The notes beneath the pieces are model-generated. The model ran no database searches. It was not told the origin of the DNA and saw nothing but the letters and a program-made list of their open reading frames with translations. The position numbers and the translations under genes were made by a program. Below, one piece after another: positions 26,075 to 40,900 of a stretch of 64,000 nt of DNA (position 1 is the first letter of the stretch; the number at the start of each line of letters is the position of its first letter). The DNA lies in NCBI RefSeq assembly GCF_009914755.1, contig NC_060936.1; one strand, 5' to 3'. Source of the DNA: the human T2T-CHM13v2.0 reference genome, Homo sapiens.

Positions 26075-26630
26075 TGCAGTAAGCAGAATTCTACGTTGGT
26101 CCCCAAGATTTCCACTGCCAGTGTATATGCCTTGTATAATTTTCTTCCCTTTGAGTGTGAGTGATACCTCTATCTTTCTTTTAAACATGATAAAACTATG
26201 AGATACCACTCCATGATATAACATTATACGGCAAAGGTGAGGGGATTTTGCATGTGTAATTTTTGTTTTTCATTAGTTTACTATAGGATGATAGCAGGCG
26301 GATTACCTTGGCTAGGCCTAAACTAATCAGGTGCCCTTTAAAAGACAGATACTCTCTTGCTGGCCAAGTAGATACAAGCAGCTATGTTATAAACTATAAT
26401 GACGCAGTAGTCTGAGAGCTTCGGGGAGTTAATGGCCTCAGTCCTAAAACTCTGAGGGACTCAATTCTGGCAACATCTTGAATAAGCTGAGTAGAAGAGC
26501 TCTAGCCCCAGTTTCAAAGTGTGGCCAACATTCTGATTGTAGCATTGTGAGACCCTGATCAGAGAGGAACCAGCAAAGCAAAGTTTGAACTCCTGATCCA
26601 TGAAATATGTGAAATAATAAATATATGATA
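26075..26630 (+). mobile_element. MLT1E-type MaLR LTR
   Basis: GCAGAATTCTACGTTGGTCCCCAAGATTTCC; GGCAAAGGTGAGGGGATTTTGCA; TTCTGATTGTAGCATTGTGAGACCCTGA; TCCTGATCCATGAAA. Confidence 0.8.
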
Positions 26631-27503
26631 TATTGACAGGGGAAGTTATTTAAATCTTTTGTTTAAAGTATTAAGTGGGTTCACAGCAACCTCAGCATAA
26701 AATCTTTGGCACGGCCTATAAAGGTCTTCATAAAGTAAGCTTTGCCCCTCTCTGCAGCCTTCTCTCTTACTAGCTTCTCTGTTGCTGTATTGGAGCCAGA
26801 TATTTAAGCCTTCTTTCAAATTTGTGTATAAGTCAGATTCTCTTGTACCTTCAACTTTTTACATTCATCTCATCAACTCTGTCATCTACTGTTATCACTC
26901 TGATAAAAGCTACAGTCATATTATTCCTGAATTCCTGGAATAACCTTCTCATTAATCTCCTTGTCCTTCCCCCTTTCCCTTTCACCATAGCCTACACCTG
27001 ACAGGGCAGTTAGACTAAAACTATTAATGTGTAAGTCAGATAAAGATTCTATTCTGCTCAGAGCTTCACAAAGTCTCCTGCTTCTCTTTTGTCTTTTACT
27101 TTGGAAAAAAAAAAAAAAAAACTCTTCAAAATGGCTTCAAAGGCCATGCATAGTTTGATCCCCTATGATTTATCTAATCTCATTTCCTTCTGCTTTTCCA
27201 CTAGCTCACTCAACTACAGTCTGACTCCTTTTTGCCTCTTTTTACCCTGCAGCTTCTTCCACCTGAAAACTTAGCTGTACTTTCTGCCTGAAATATTTTT
27301 CCCCCAGTTACACACATAGCTTATACCCTAACTTGCTTTTAGTCATTCTAATGGTACCTTGTCATTGTATCTTTCTTTGACCACACTATTTAATATAGCA
27401 ACTCCCCCACCACTTCTTCAACTATTCTCTGCTTGGTTTTTTTCTCTGTAGTATTCGTGATGGTCTTTCGTAAACGCATAGTTGATTTTTTATACATATG
27501 TGC

Positions 27504-28065
27504 TGTGATGGTTAATACTGAGTGTCAACTGGATTGAAGGATGCAAAGTATTGATCCTGGGTGTGTCTGTGAGAGTGTTTCCAAAGGAGATTAATATTTG
27601 AGGCAGTGGACTGAGAAAGGCAGACCCACCCTTGATCTGAGTGGGTATAATCTAATCAGCTGCTGGTGTGGCCAGGATATAAAACAGGCAGAAAAACATG
27701 AAAAGGCTAGACTAGCTTAGCCTCCCAGCCTACATCTTCCTCCCAGGCTGGATGCTTCCTGCCCTCAAACATAGGACTTCAAGTTCTTCAGCTTTGGTAC
27801 TAAGACTAGCTTCCTTGCTCCTCAGCTTGCAGATGGCCTATTGTGTAAACTTGTGATCATGTGAGTTTAACACTCCTTAATAAACTCCCCATATATAAAA
27901 TATATATGGATATATATATACCCATATATATACATACATATATATATACACATATATATACATACATATATATATACATATATATATATATATACACATA
28001 CATATATATATATGTATATATATATTCTATTAGTTCTGTCCTTCTAGAGGACCCTGACTAATATA
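27504..28065 (+). mobile_element. MLT2A1/MLT2A2 (HERV-L) solo LTR with an expanded (TA/CA)n tract
   Basis: TGTGATGGTTAATACTGAGTGTCAACT...CCTAGCCTCCCAGCCTACATC-like core...CCCTGACTAATATA; 5-bp TSD TGTGC/TCTGC; microsatellite at 27891-28025. Confidence 0.95.
27648..27658 (+). promoter_or_regulatory. Consensus DUX4 motif TAATCTAATCA in the MLT2A LTR
   Basis: Exact motif ~20 bp upstream of the TATA-like TATAAAA; binding itself is not shown. Confidence 0.55.
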
Positions 28066-31000
28066 TCTGCTGACTAGAGTATTACTCCCATGAAGGCATG
28101 GATTCTTTTCCTCTTCATTGCTGTGTCCTCAGTGCCTAGACCAGTGGCTGATACATAGTAGAAAGTAAATAAATACTTGTAAAATTATTAGTTGTAAAAA
28201 AAAGTATGGTTTGTTATCTCCAATAAACTCTCCTCTACCTTCTATCTCCCCTACCCAACACTCAAGAAGCACATCCACTTTTATTTTTCCTAGTAAGACC
28301 ATATGTATCCCCATGCTCATAGAATAAGTTATGTCTCTCCACAAAACATTTTCATAGAACCTTGTATATAGTCCAATTATAATGATACTTGTATTTAACC
28401 ACTATGGCTATAAATGTGCTGTTGGTTTCAATTGCTGAATGTGCATTCCTAAATAGAGGGAAGCTGTATTATTCATTATTTTGTCTCTTGTGAGTAGTAC
28501 TGTATCTGCAACACCATATGCACTGCCTGGGTATCTGTTGTAAGCAGTAAGGCATATAGCATGTAGAATACAACAGCAAATCAAATGAATCTTTCCTCTT
28601 TGCATCAATTCTCACCTTGACTCTGTTTTGCTCAGCAGAATATCAAGCATATAATTAGTACTTGATGCATATTTATTGATTAATTAATTGATTTGAAGAT
28701 CTTTTGAGTGTAGTTATCTACATAAAGGTAATGAGTTTGAGACATCATCAGGTCTTGTAAAACTAAATGCATAAACATATTTAGCACTGGGAAACAAGTG
28801 GAAAGTAACTGACTGCCAGAAGTGCAACAATATTACTTAGGAATCAGTAATTAGAACTAAAGAGAAATGGCCGAATTAACCATGGAGTAATGAGGTGGAG
28901 CCATAGATTTCAACTAGAAGTGATATAAGTGGTCACCTCCATTACCAGAAACCTCTCCCTGCAATTGTCATCTGGGGAGCATAAGGTCTCCTAAATATCT
29001 AAATGCAAAAATTAAAGCTTACTCAATAAATTATCCCTTTGAAAGTAATTTTGCATGACATTAATGCTTTCCAAGGTAAATCAGACTATTTTGAGATTTA
29101 AAATGAGGTAATATGTGTGTATATGTGTATCTGCAATAAATTTGTTTGTTGAATTTTTAAATTATGAATCATAACCTTAGTATAATGTGTTTTTTTCCAA
29201 AATGATTTTAAACTGCATTTTACTTTTATGTATGATTTTATAAATGAGTAAATGACTATGTTTTTTACCCAAAGGCTTGAGTAGCAATTGTCACTGCACT
29301 TAAAATAAATGTTACATCTTTACTTATAAACACTTTGCCACACACACTTCCCTTATTTGTAGAGTCATGAAGCATAGGGTTCCTGGACAAACTCAATTCC
29401 TCCATTGCTGACCTCTGTCATAAATCTTTGCATTAAAATCTCTCTTTCAGCAAAAAATAAATGTTTTGCTGTTTGCATTGTTCATTGCAGGTTTTATTCA
29501 GATTCCCTCAACATTATATAAATCTTATAACAATTTAAGTAAACTAACCCTTTAGTAGTCATTTCATAAATTGTTTAAATGATTGAATCTTTCCATTTAT
29601 ACTTCTACTTTTTCCATTCCTATGTTTAACCTATCCAACTAAGAAAAAACCCAAATGTTCGTAATGGCTACGTGAATACAAAAATTATAATTTATCATTT
29701 TACAATAAGTATTTTTAATATTTTACATTTCTAACTGAAGAAATTTATGGACACTTATGCTTAGTATACCTATTGCAGTGTTATAAATTGCCCAGAATAT
29801 ATTATGCACTTATATTTAGTTGAACACCATTTTCTAACATACTTTAATAGCTTCATATTATGGAATATAATTTATTTATTCCCGTGCTGTCATTTTTTAA
29901 CAGTTCTTGGTGTGTCATTTAGTGGCATACATTCAACATAATGACAGATTATGAAAAAGGAGGACATGAGAATAAATGTTCATAGTAAGAGAAAGTATAT
30001 ATGGCAGATTTTTCTTCTTAATTCTCTTAAATTAAAACCTCATATTCTATGTTAAAATTTGTCCCTCTGTCATGAGGTTCTACAAATGGAAGAGTCATGA
30101 GTGAATCTGTAAGAATTTAACTTTTCCTTTCACCCTAATGACAGATATCTGAGGAAGACAGAAATGCAAGATTATGATATTGGATAATAAAACCAAACTT
30201 CTTAGAATGGAAAATAAGCAATTTAATTGTATGTTGTAATTTTTGCTACACATTCCCAATTGCACTGTCCTTTCTGCAATTCGTGAGAGCCTGAGTTTCC
30301 CCACCTAACAAGTAACTGAGTTGTTGTTTAGCAGATAATGTACAATAAACTTGAACCCCATCTCGACAACTGAGACAGGCAAATGATCAGTGTGAGGGCA
30401 CTAAAAGCAAGTTTACCTAGGACTACAGAGGCCATAGATCGAGGCTGAGTGGCGTGAATCTGTCAGTATAATAACCGTGCTGTTGTTTTGGTGATTGTTA
30501 TTTTTAGACAAATTAGTACCTCACTGGGGATAAAACAGTACAGCAATAGAAACATCTCCAACCTTCCACTTTGTGTAATAAAATGTTTTCATCCGTACAA
30601 CTCAGGAGAAACTGATATGCATTTTGACTTTGAAATGGCTTGAGGCCCTAGGTCAAAAGAACAGTCTCAATTAAAGTTAAGTACTTTACAGGCCTCATTA
30701 CTAAGGTTTAATCCTTGCTTAAAATTATGAAATTGCATTACCTGAAATTATGATTTATAAATGATAGCAGTGTAAAAGTTTCACTAATTCATAATTTTAG
30801 GAAGTATAGCTCACAGAAATTTTCTCTGATATGTTTTATGAAAGGAAAAATACTCAAGCCCTTTAATTAATAACCTGCCCTGAAAACCATCTTTCTAGAA
30901 GAGAACTAAAATGACTTAAGGATAGCCAATAATAGCCTGACATCCCCTTTTATTTCAAAAGAAATCATTTGCTATTAATAATGATAAGCAGGGTTTCGGG

Positions 31001-31723
31001 ACATTTTATAGGCGCATCATTCCTTTACCTTGTCAGTTGGTTTTATGTTGTAGAGAGAAGGGTGATGGGGTGAACCAAGCTTGCAGGCATATATAACATT
31101 ATGGAAGGTGAAGAATCTATGATGCTTCATCAGACAAGACATTTCATTTTGTCATTGAGTCATAGCAAAGTCATTGCTATCTGAGGAATTATTGCAAAGT
31201 TATTATTTGCCATCCTAGGTTTTGTGAAATAATTTTACATATAAATGTTAATATCAGTTTATAATCACATAATTCAAGAAAAACTTAGATACAAATATTT
31301 AAGATATTTTGTTTCCTTTGTAAAAATCAAGTGTATACATAAATTTGAATTATGTCTGAAAAATTAGAAATATGATGATAAAATCTTTTATTGCTTGACA
31401 TTTCTGCTGGTTGATGAAAATTGTTATAGCTACATTGCTGATATTCTCTCCTCTTTCTACTCCAAACTCACTCTCTCCTATGACCAATGACTATAGTCCA
31501 AACTTCTACCTTAGGAACATAACAACAAAGAATCAAGATACAGAACATTTTGGACATAGGTATTAGAATATTTACATAGCATTTCCTCTATATCTTGAGA
31601 GGCAAAGCCCCTGAACAAACATGAAATAGCAAGAGATGAATTCACCAAAATGTTATTAGTGTTAATATTATAAGGCAGCTTATTATATTTACCAATATTA
31701 TAAGTAAATTTATTACATGAGAT

Positions 31724-32085
31724 GTTCATTCATTCAAAACAATGTACTAAAGAGACATTGTTCACTTTGGTGGAAAGGAATGAACAAGGTCATTTCCATT
31801 GAGCTATCTTACTATAATATGACAGATAATGACAAAATACACATTTAAGTACTATCTTAAGCAAATACATTACAAATAGAATGAAGTGAAGTGAGGAAGA
31901 ACTAAAACAGAATACTATCATAGAAAGTGAGTTGGGAGAATTAGATTGTACCCGTAGGACTATGTTCGTGGATATCCTTTCCAACATTACATTTAACCAA
32001 GATCTGAATTATTCTATTCTGTGAGAATACAATAATCACAGCAAGCACTCAGAAAAAAAGCATTTCAGGCAAATAGAACAGTAAA
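31724..32085 (-). mobile_element. L2 LINE 3' end
   Basis: TTCATTCATTCAA terminus; ACATTTAACCAAGATCTGAA; AGCATTTCAGGCAAATAGAACAG. Confidence 0.65.
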
Positions 32086-32779
32086 TAGTTTTCAGCTGCC
32101 ACCTTTGCCCTTAGTTGAGAGATTTCAAGATCTTGTCATACATTGGCAGCCTCTTAATACTATCAGATCTTCAGAATCTCCCTAAACACTGAAGATCTCG
32201 GCCTCTTAGACTATCTGCCCCTCAATCCTGAACCTCAAGAATGCTGAATTTCTATCATGTTGATAGTATGCTACAAATATTCAAGTTCTAGGAGCATTTA
32301 GATAAACTTAGGCACTCTACCTCCATTAGCAGCCCAGTTAAAAAACAAACAAACCAAAATACAGATCTCCAAATACTGAGAATTATTAAGAATTATTTTG
32401 CCTTGTAATATCTCCAGCAGTAGGCAGGCAACGGACTCACATTTGATATTTTCTGCTTCCTTTTATTTCAGTTCCACTTTTGTTTAATATCTGGCCTCAT
32501 AATTAATATATCACAAGGAAAAAAACTAAAAAATAATAATGGGGGAATTATATAACTTTGTAAAATGTGAATTCATGTCATGAGGAATATCATGAGGAAT
32601 CTTAGAATTTACTTATGACGTATGCATTACTCAGCATGGCAACTTTTATGTAAGAAAATCTGATCCTGAGAGAGGACCAGATAACGAGTCCAATTTGGGT
32701 TCAAGCTCAAGGTCCAGCAAATGCCCTTTATCAATAATATGCACCGCAAATGTCCACAAAATTCCTAAAAGAAGTGAAC

Positions 32780-33260
32780 CAGAAATTCATCTATCTCAAT
32801 GGACACAGTATTGGTAATTAGGAGGTGGGGATTGGAGGGAGGAGATTGTTGTGTAGCAATGTCCCTCTTTCAGTATGTTGATGCTTCTACCCACTAAATG
32901 TCATTGCAACTACCTACCTAGTCAAAATGGACAAACAGAAAAGTAAAATGTTTCACATATCTCCAGATGTCCATTGGGCTAATCTCATTTTAAACTGTGC
33001 TCCTAATAATATACTCTCTTGTGGGACATTAATTTGTGTTACATTAAGAAAATGTGTTCATAGGTCAAACATTGTGTTTAGCACATAATGTATCAAATAG
33101 TAAAGCAGATTTCTTTTTGTAGAAATTTTCTAAACCTTAATATGATAATGAGAACTGCAAATTTCAAAAGAATGAGGGTAAAGTGTTTATAAAATTTTTT
33201 AAGCTGATTTCAATCATAAACTTTTTTTCAAGAACCATTTGTAAGAAATGGACTAAACAA
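32780..33260. mobile_element. Diverged hAT-Charlie MITE fragments (MER20-like followed by a second MER)
   Basis: CTTCTACCCACTAAATGTCA...AAAATGTTTC...CCAGATGTCC (MER20 antisense), then CCTTAATATGATAATG-type Charlie sequence. Confidence 0.45.
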
Positions 33261-33579
33261 TCTTAAAAATTCACACAAATTACATTACATATCATATAAT
33301 TGCCAATTTCATTTATTCTTTTTTGGGGAGTTTCCTGTGAAAGACTAAAAAGCCTACAGAAAAGAAAGCTCTTATGCAGAATATTTTATATACAGTGTCA
33401 AATAATCTAATGATAATATGAATATTTTTAAATCAGAAACACAACATAATATATCAGATTCTATATTAAACATTTTTCTTATGTATTCTTTTTTGATAAC
33501 TGTAACAGCCCTACATGTAAACTAATTATCTTTAATCTTCTACTGGAAAAATGGAGATAAAGACAGGTGATTTGCTCTT

Positions 33580-34368
<789 letters not shown>

Positions 34369-34378
34369 AAAAAGAGTG

Positions 34379-35367
34379 TGTAATATTATGAAATACATAC
34401 TTTAGATTTTGTCCACAGTTCCTGGATCACAGCTCTTATAAATTTTGTAATTTCCTAAATGACTAAAGCAATAGAAGAATCTTTTGTTCTAATATTTGGT
34501 CTCTGTCCCAGTTCCTGAGCCAGAACTCCAAATTCTGTAGAAGATAAGGTTACTAGAATAATCTCTTATTCTAATATTTAGTTTTGACCCTGGTTCTTGA
34601 TAAAGAATTCCTAAATCCCTTGGGATTTCCTGGGTAATAGAAGCATCTTTTGTTCTAATAAGGTGATTCTTGGTGGGTTCCTAGATAGGAGCTGGTCACC
34701 AGAAAGACAAAGCTATGATTACAATCTTAGAGCTTTCATTCTCACCCTCCATTCTTTGGAGAGGGAGAAGGGATGGAAATGAAATTAATAATCAATCATA
34801 CCTACATGATGAAGACTCCATTAACATTTCTGAATTTGGGTTTGAAGAGCTTCCAGGTTGGCAAACACATCCTTATAAAAAGAGGATGATGCGCCCAATT
34901 CCACTTTATGGGAGCTCTTGGACTCAGAGCCACCTCAGACCTTGCCCTGTGTATCCCTTCATCTATCTGTTCATCTGTATTCTTTATTATATCCTTTATT
35001 AATAAACCAGTAAATGTAAGTAAAGTGTTTACCAAAGTTCTGGGATCTGCTTTAGCAAATTAACTGAACTCAAAGAGGGGGTCTTATGAACCCCAATTCA
35101 TGGACAGCAGGTTAGACAAGCACATGTCACTATCTACTTGCAACTGGCATCTGAAAAATGGAGGGAAGTCTCGTGGGACTGTGTACTCAACCTATGAAGT
35201 CTGACACCATCACAGGTAAATAGTACCAGAACTGAATTGAATTATGGGACACCCAGCTGATGTCCACTTGAGAACTGACTGGTGTGTGAAGAAACAAGCT
35301 TCACGCATTTGGGGCCACAGAAGTGTTCTGCTTACTCTGTAAGAATGTTTTTTTCTCCACCTCTACA
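34379..35367 (+). mobile_element. MER21 solo LTR
   Basis: TGTAATATTATG...GGAGCTGGTCACCAGAAAGAC...GAATTGAATTATGGGACACCCAGCTG...CTACA; 5-bp TSD GAGTG/GAGGG. Confidence 0.85.
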
Positions 35368-35444
35368 GAGGGAGAAAACAGAAAAAGAAAAAACTTATTT
35401 ACACTGAAATACAGTGTCTCTCAATAAACATTCCATACTGCATA

Positions 35445-35690
35445 ATGATAATAATTATATCAAACTTTTTTTTAACTAACTATATACCACATACTGTTGT
35501 AAATATTTGCATACATATATGAATTTATTTAATTCTCACAACAACCCTATGGTATGAGTGCTTTATATTATTGTTACCTTACAGATGACAAAATTGAAGC
35601 AAAAATTTGCAAAGACACACACTAACAAGCAGTGAACCAGAAATTCTAAAACCGGCTGTCTAACTTGAATCTGTGCTTTTCAGTGTCCTG
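35445..35690 (-). mobile_element. MIR SINE
   Basis: ATTTAATTCTCACAACAACCCTATG...TTACAGATGACAAAATTGAAGC. Confidence 0.8.
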
Positions 35691-36480
35691 TTCTGCTGGT
35701 TCTCCATTACTACTTTTTTAAGAATGAAGAATAGAAGGGTTCCTTATGTAATTTTATTATTTCTATATGCTTGACTATACTGTGATCCAAAGTCACAGTG
35801 GTTTTATTAGAAAAAAGCGGATAGATTTAAGTCTTTAATAAATATCTGTTTTTCTTTTTATATCATGGTAGAAATAGTAAGAAATGAGTTTTGTCTTATC
35901 TAGATCTACATGACACCACACCATATTAAACTCCAGTAGCTATTACAGTGTGCTATTTCAACATCATTTGGTTTCAAAATTCAGTGTGATTTGTCTCAGC
36001 TTAGAAAATCACCAGTCATAGCATATCTATTATTACAGACTCTTCATATTAATGATATATAAACATATCTAGGTTCTTAGATTTTTTTTTTCTTCAAAAA
36101 CACTCTAAGTGGAACATAAGTACATAATAATTTGAGATATCTTCAAAGGCCCTGAATATCTGGCATGGTGCCAATAGATCTTATGTGACTCTATCTTGAT
36201 GCTCACTAATTGTGCCTGAATTGTGTAGCTCTGAGAGTATCCTGTTCCTATTTCAAAGTGGAAGACGCCCATGAATGGAATAACATTGCCCTGAATAGAG
36301 AGAGTAGTAATAGAAGGGTTGGTGATACCAGTGCCTGCATCGCACAAGGAATTTTGGTAGGGCTTCATATATTGCTTATATATGAAAGTCCATCATGGAG
36401 AGTCTAACCACACAAGGATGAATGAGAATGACAGTCCTGAAGCATTTCATAAGTGCATTTGAGTCATAAAGAAGTGAATG

Positions 36481-36796
<316 letters not shown>

Positions 36797-38734
36797 CTAT
36801 GAGCCAATGACTTGCTTCAGTGTTGCTATCATGCACCATGACTGTGGTTCTATGCCACACAACACTCTGCTAATTTACTGAGGGACCCTATTTAGAAGAA
36901 CCAGTTTGATGAAAAATGTATGTACACAGAAGTATATGATTTTTCTGATTATTTCTAATATAAATCTTCCCATATCTGTGCCCCATCCAGAGCCTGAATT
37001 AGCTAGTTAAATAAACCATTTATCACATACTGCTGACAAAACAACCGTAAAGTGGTTCTTTATTCATTACTGAGTCTCCAAAAATAAAGTGTTAGGTTTG
37101 AATTTCTAAGCCCAGAGGTGATTTTTTAAAGCTTTATTAAGCCATTAGAAGATCCAAATTACCCAGACCAATTGATCAGCTAGATATCTTTCAGTTCTAG
37201 CTGTCTTTTCCCCCCCAGTTATTTGTGCTCATAATAGCCCTAAATTGTTTTGTATTAAAATGCTGAACTTGGTTTGCATTCAAGACTGCCTGAGAAATAA
37301 AACTTCTTTCACAAATGTGGAGTAAAAATATGTCTTTACAATCTTAAATAGAATACAAATATTTTCTCCTTTTTAAGTGAGATACTCCTAAATGTGACAG
37401 CTGTAAATAGATACATGCTTTAAGTATGAATATTTTTTTCTCACACTTATAAGTTATTTCTTCCCACAGGAGTAGTGCAAGAGGGTTTTTCTATCTCTTG
37501 AATCTCATTATTTTTCCTGTCTGACCTAAAGTCCATGAGCAAATTAAAACCACACAAACTTTAGTGATTTCTTCTTTGATTTTAAGTTTAACTTTATCAG
37601 AATCCATCCCTGTAAACAATACAAAATAAACTCTATTCTCTGCTCTTCTTAATTCTCTCCACCCCACCATCATCTTCTTTCCTCCTCCCTAGTTCAATCA
37701 ATATTAATTGACCCACATTCCTCTCAGGAACCAAATACGCTTTTATAATGGTCTTTTAGTGCTTTCTCCAAGAATATCATTTACAACCAAGGTTAATCTA
37801 GCATCAGCCGGATTTTCAGGCCAGCGTACTTAGGGTATCTGTGTACTTGAAACACTCTTAGAATCTTCTAACAAAGGTAATTGTTGTAAAAATATACTTT
37901 TCAAAATTGAAACAAAAAGGATGGGAAAACGTGGCAGTCAAAGGCCATTTGAAGAATGTAGTAGTTAGACACTCAAGAAAGAATATAAGAAGGAGATCAT
38001 TAAGTTAGATTAAGAGCCAGTTAGAAACCCCAGGGAAATAGAACCGTAAATAACTTGGAGTCATTTTTTTTCTACCAGAAAGAAATTATTTGAACCTCTA
38101 CAGACTAAAATCAACAACTGCATAGTAGCGGTTCCCTAATCAATGATAAATAGCAAGTCAAACAAAGCTAAATTTTGCTGGACAATTAAATAATCTTTGA
38201 GTGGGTCTGTTAGGCAATGTTCTAGAATGACATTCAGTAGACACACAGGCATCCTTTTGTTTGTATCTCCTTGTTTCTGGTACTTTTCCTTAACATTATA
38301 CTTCCATCCTTTAATGAGAATGGGCTACTTCTCTTATAATTAAGCCTTATTAGTATAACTAACAACAACCTGGTTTAAATATATATTTTGCTTTCATTGG
38401 AGATTTTAAAAAGTAAAACTTCTAGAGTAAGTTAAATATAATTTTTTAAGACATGAGCATTGACAAGACAGAAAAGTGGTATCAGCTTCCCACAGTGAGC
38501 AGTATAATATTTATTTAGAGTTTTTGAGGATGATTACAATTTCATATAATGTTATTTTTAAATAAAGGTCACTTTTTATAACATTTAGTTAGATTCTTTT
38601 AAAATCATTTACAGATACTTTTATATAAAGAAATATACATATTATAAAAAATACACTATACGAAATATGTTCTGATTTTTGCTCTTTAAATAAAAGTATC
38701 CAATTGTTAAGTAAAGCTGCTTCTTTAGGCACAA

Positions 38735-39050
38735 GGTATTTATTGAACATTTACTATGAGTAGGGTAGTAAGGAGGATGAAAAATAAATAAAGTCTCTTT
38801 GTACCAAGATTACTATCTAGATGATGCATGAAAATGCTGAGTTATAATATATTTAAGACTGTGTGTAGTACTTAAGGGAACTGAACAACGGATTATACTA
38901 GAGCACAAGAGGGAGAAGTCTGTTTTAATGATCAGGAACAGGTATAATTTGGGTCATGAAAGAACAGCGAGATTCAACATGTTGAGATAAAGCAGTGGGC
39001 AAAGACACGGTATCAGGAAGATCAAGACCAAAGCATGGAATGACAATAGG
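38735..39050 (-). mobile_element. L2 LINE 3' end
   Basis: TATTTATTGAACATTTACTATG terminus followed by a purine-rich L2 body. Confidence 0.6.
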
Positions 39051-39432
39051 AAATTCCCCAGGAATTTCAGATATTTGACTTGAGGATATTATAATTTGCA
39101 AAGAAGACTAAGATGAATTATGTATAAAAAGCTAATATTAAGGCAGTTTTTCTTTCATCCTAAAAATTCTATGTTTCTATAGAATATGAGAATAATGTGT
39201 TTAACCACTTGGAGAGAATAATTATAAACATTTTACAAGTTCTCTGCAAAGTACAAATGAATTAGATTATCTCAATTATTTATTTTATTTTAAAAATTAA
39301 AACATTTAACTCATGAGATGGCCTGTGTTTAAGCTGTTTTAAAATATAACTTATTAATATGTTCTAGCAGTCTACAAAGAACACTGGGAGTTATAAAAAA
39401 TCAAATTTGAAAGTCTATATAGTAGACACCTG

Positions 39433-39712
39433 GGTTAAAAGAAAATCTTAACACAAATTCAATTTAGCAGAGTTTATTAAAGAAAAGAAATAATTCATGA
39501 ATTGGGTGGTATCCTGAACCAGTAAATGTTCAAGAGAGCTTCACTTAGCAATATGGGCAGACAGTATTTGTAGTTGAAAAAGGAAGTGACATATAGAAAT
39601 AGCCTAATTGGTTACAGCTAGGGGTTTGCCTTATTTGAACTTACTCGAGCAGTTTGTAACCTGTGATTGGCTGAAAGCTTAGCTGCTATGATTGGGTGAG
39701 GCTTGGTTACCT
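39433..39712 (-). mobile_element. MER57 (ERV1) solo LTR, 3' part, split by HERV-H
   Basis: TTAAAAGAAAATCTTA...GGAAGTGACATATAGAAATAGCCTAATTGGTTACAGC...TTTGCCTTATTTGAAC...CTGTGATTGGCTGAAAG; continues at 46068. Confidence 0.85.
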
Positions 39713-40118
39713 TTTCATGAGCATCTGTGTGAAGAGACCACCAAACAGGCTTTGTGTGAGCAATAAAGCTTTTAATCACCTGGGTGCAGGCGGGCTGAGT
39801 CCGAAAAGAGAGTCAGTGAAGGGAGATAGGGGTGGGGCCATTTTATAGGATTTGGGTAGGTAAAGGAAAATTACAGTCAAAGGGGTTCTTCTCTGGAGGG
39901 CAGGAGTGGGGGTCACAAGGTGCTCAGTAGGGGAGGTTTTGAGCCACATGACCCAGGAGAAGGAATGTCACAAGATAATGTCATCATGGCAGGAACAGGC
40001 CATTTTCATTTCCTTTGTGGTGGAATGTCATCAGTTAAGGCAGGAACCGGACCATCTGGATGTGTACGTGCAGGTCACAGGGAATATGATGGCTTAGCTT
40101 GGGCTCAGAGGCCTGACA
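39713..40118 (-). mobile_element. HERV-H 3' LTR (LTR7)
   Basis: Minus strand TGTCAGGCCTCTGAGCCCAAGC...CTCATGAAA, preceded by the PPT AGAAGACAGGAA (40119-40130). Confidence 0.97.
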
Positions 40119-40130
40119 TTCCTGTCTTCT

Positions 40131-40900
40131 TATATTAATAAGAAAAATAAAATGAAATAGTGGTAAAGTGTTGGGGCAGCGAAAATTTTTGGGGGTGGTA
40201 TAGAGAGATAATGGGCGATGTTTCTCAGGGCTGCTTCGAGCGGAATTAGGGGCGGCGTGGGAACCTAGAGTGGGAGAGATTAAGCTGAAGGAAGATTTTG
40301 TGGTAAGGGGTGATATTGTGGGACTGTTAGAAGAAACATTTGTCATTTAGAATTATTGGTGATGGCCTGGATATGGTTTTGTATGAATTGAAAAACTGAA
40401 TGGAATAAGAGAAGGAGAAAAACAGGTATTAAAAGTCTAAGAATTGGGAGGACCCAGGACATCTAATTAGAGAGTGCCTAAGGACATTCAGCATAGTCCT
40501 GCCAGCCACTCTTAAGAGTGGCAGTTTGGGGATAGCACCAGGAGATATCAGCTGTGATGGCTTGGAGAAACAGTGTAAACCGGCAATGTAAACAAGAGCA
40601 GGGCATGTATGAGTAGTTGAGAATGGTGAATAGGAGTATGACTAGACAGAAGATAGTAGGGATGACAAGTTTTTTGGGGCACAGTCCAAGTTGGTCTGGT
40701 GTCTGGAATGAGACTGGGGCTTAATAAAAAGGAGCATCCATACAGGAGCTCAAACGGGCTGTACCCTGTAGCATTCCAAGGACAGGCCTGAATTCTGAGA
40801 AGGGAAAGTGGTAAAAGTATTGTCCAGTCCTTTTGAAGTTGGTGGCTGAGCTTGGTGAGGTGTGTTTTTAAAAGACCATTAGTCCGTTCTACCTTTCCTG
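40131..40900 (-). pseudogene. HERV-H env/3' region remnant, mostly deleted
   Basis: Only ~0.8 kb lies between the integrase end and the PPT, with no env-length ORF. Confidence 0.6.

Larger units (their letters stand above)
26660..28200 (+). mobile_element. L2 LINE fragments (at least two pieces), interrupted by MLT2A
   Basis: TCAGATAAAGATTCTATTCTGCTCAGAGC; TGGCTTCAAAGGCCATGCATAG; CATTGCTGTGTCCTCAGTGCCTAGA...AATAAATACTTG. Confidence 0.75.
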
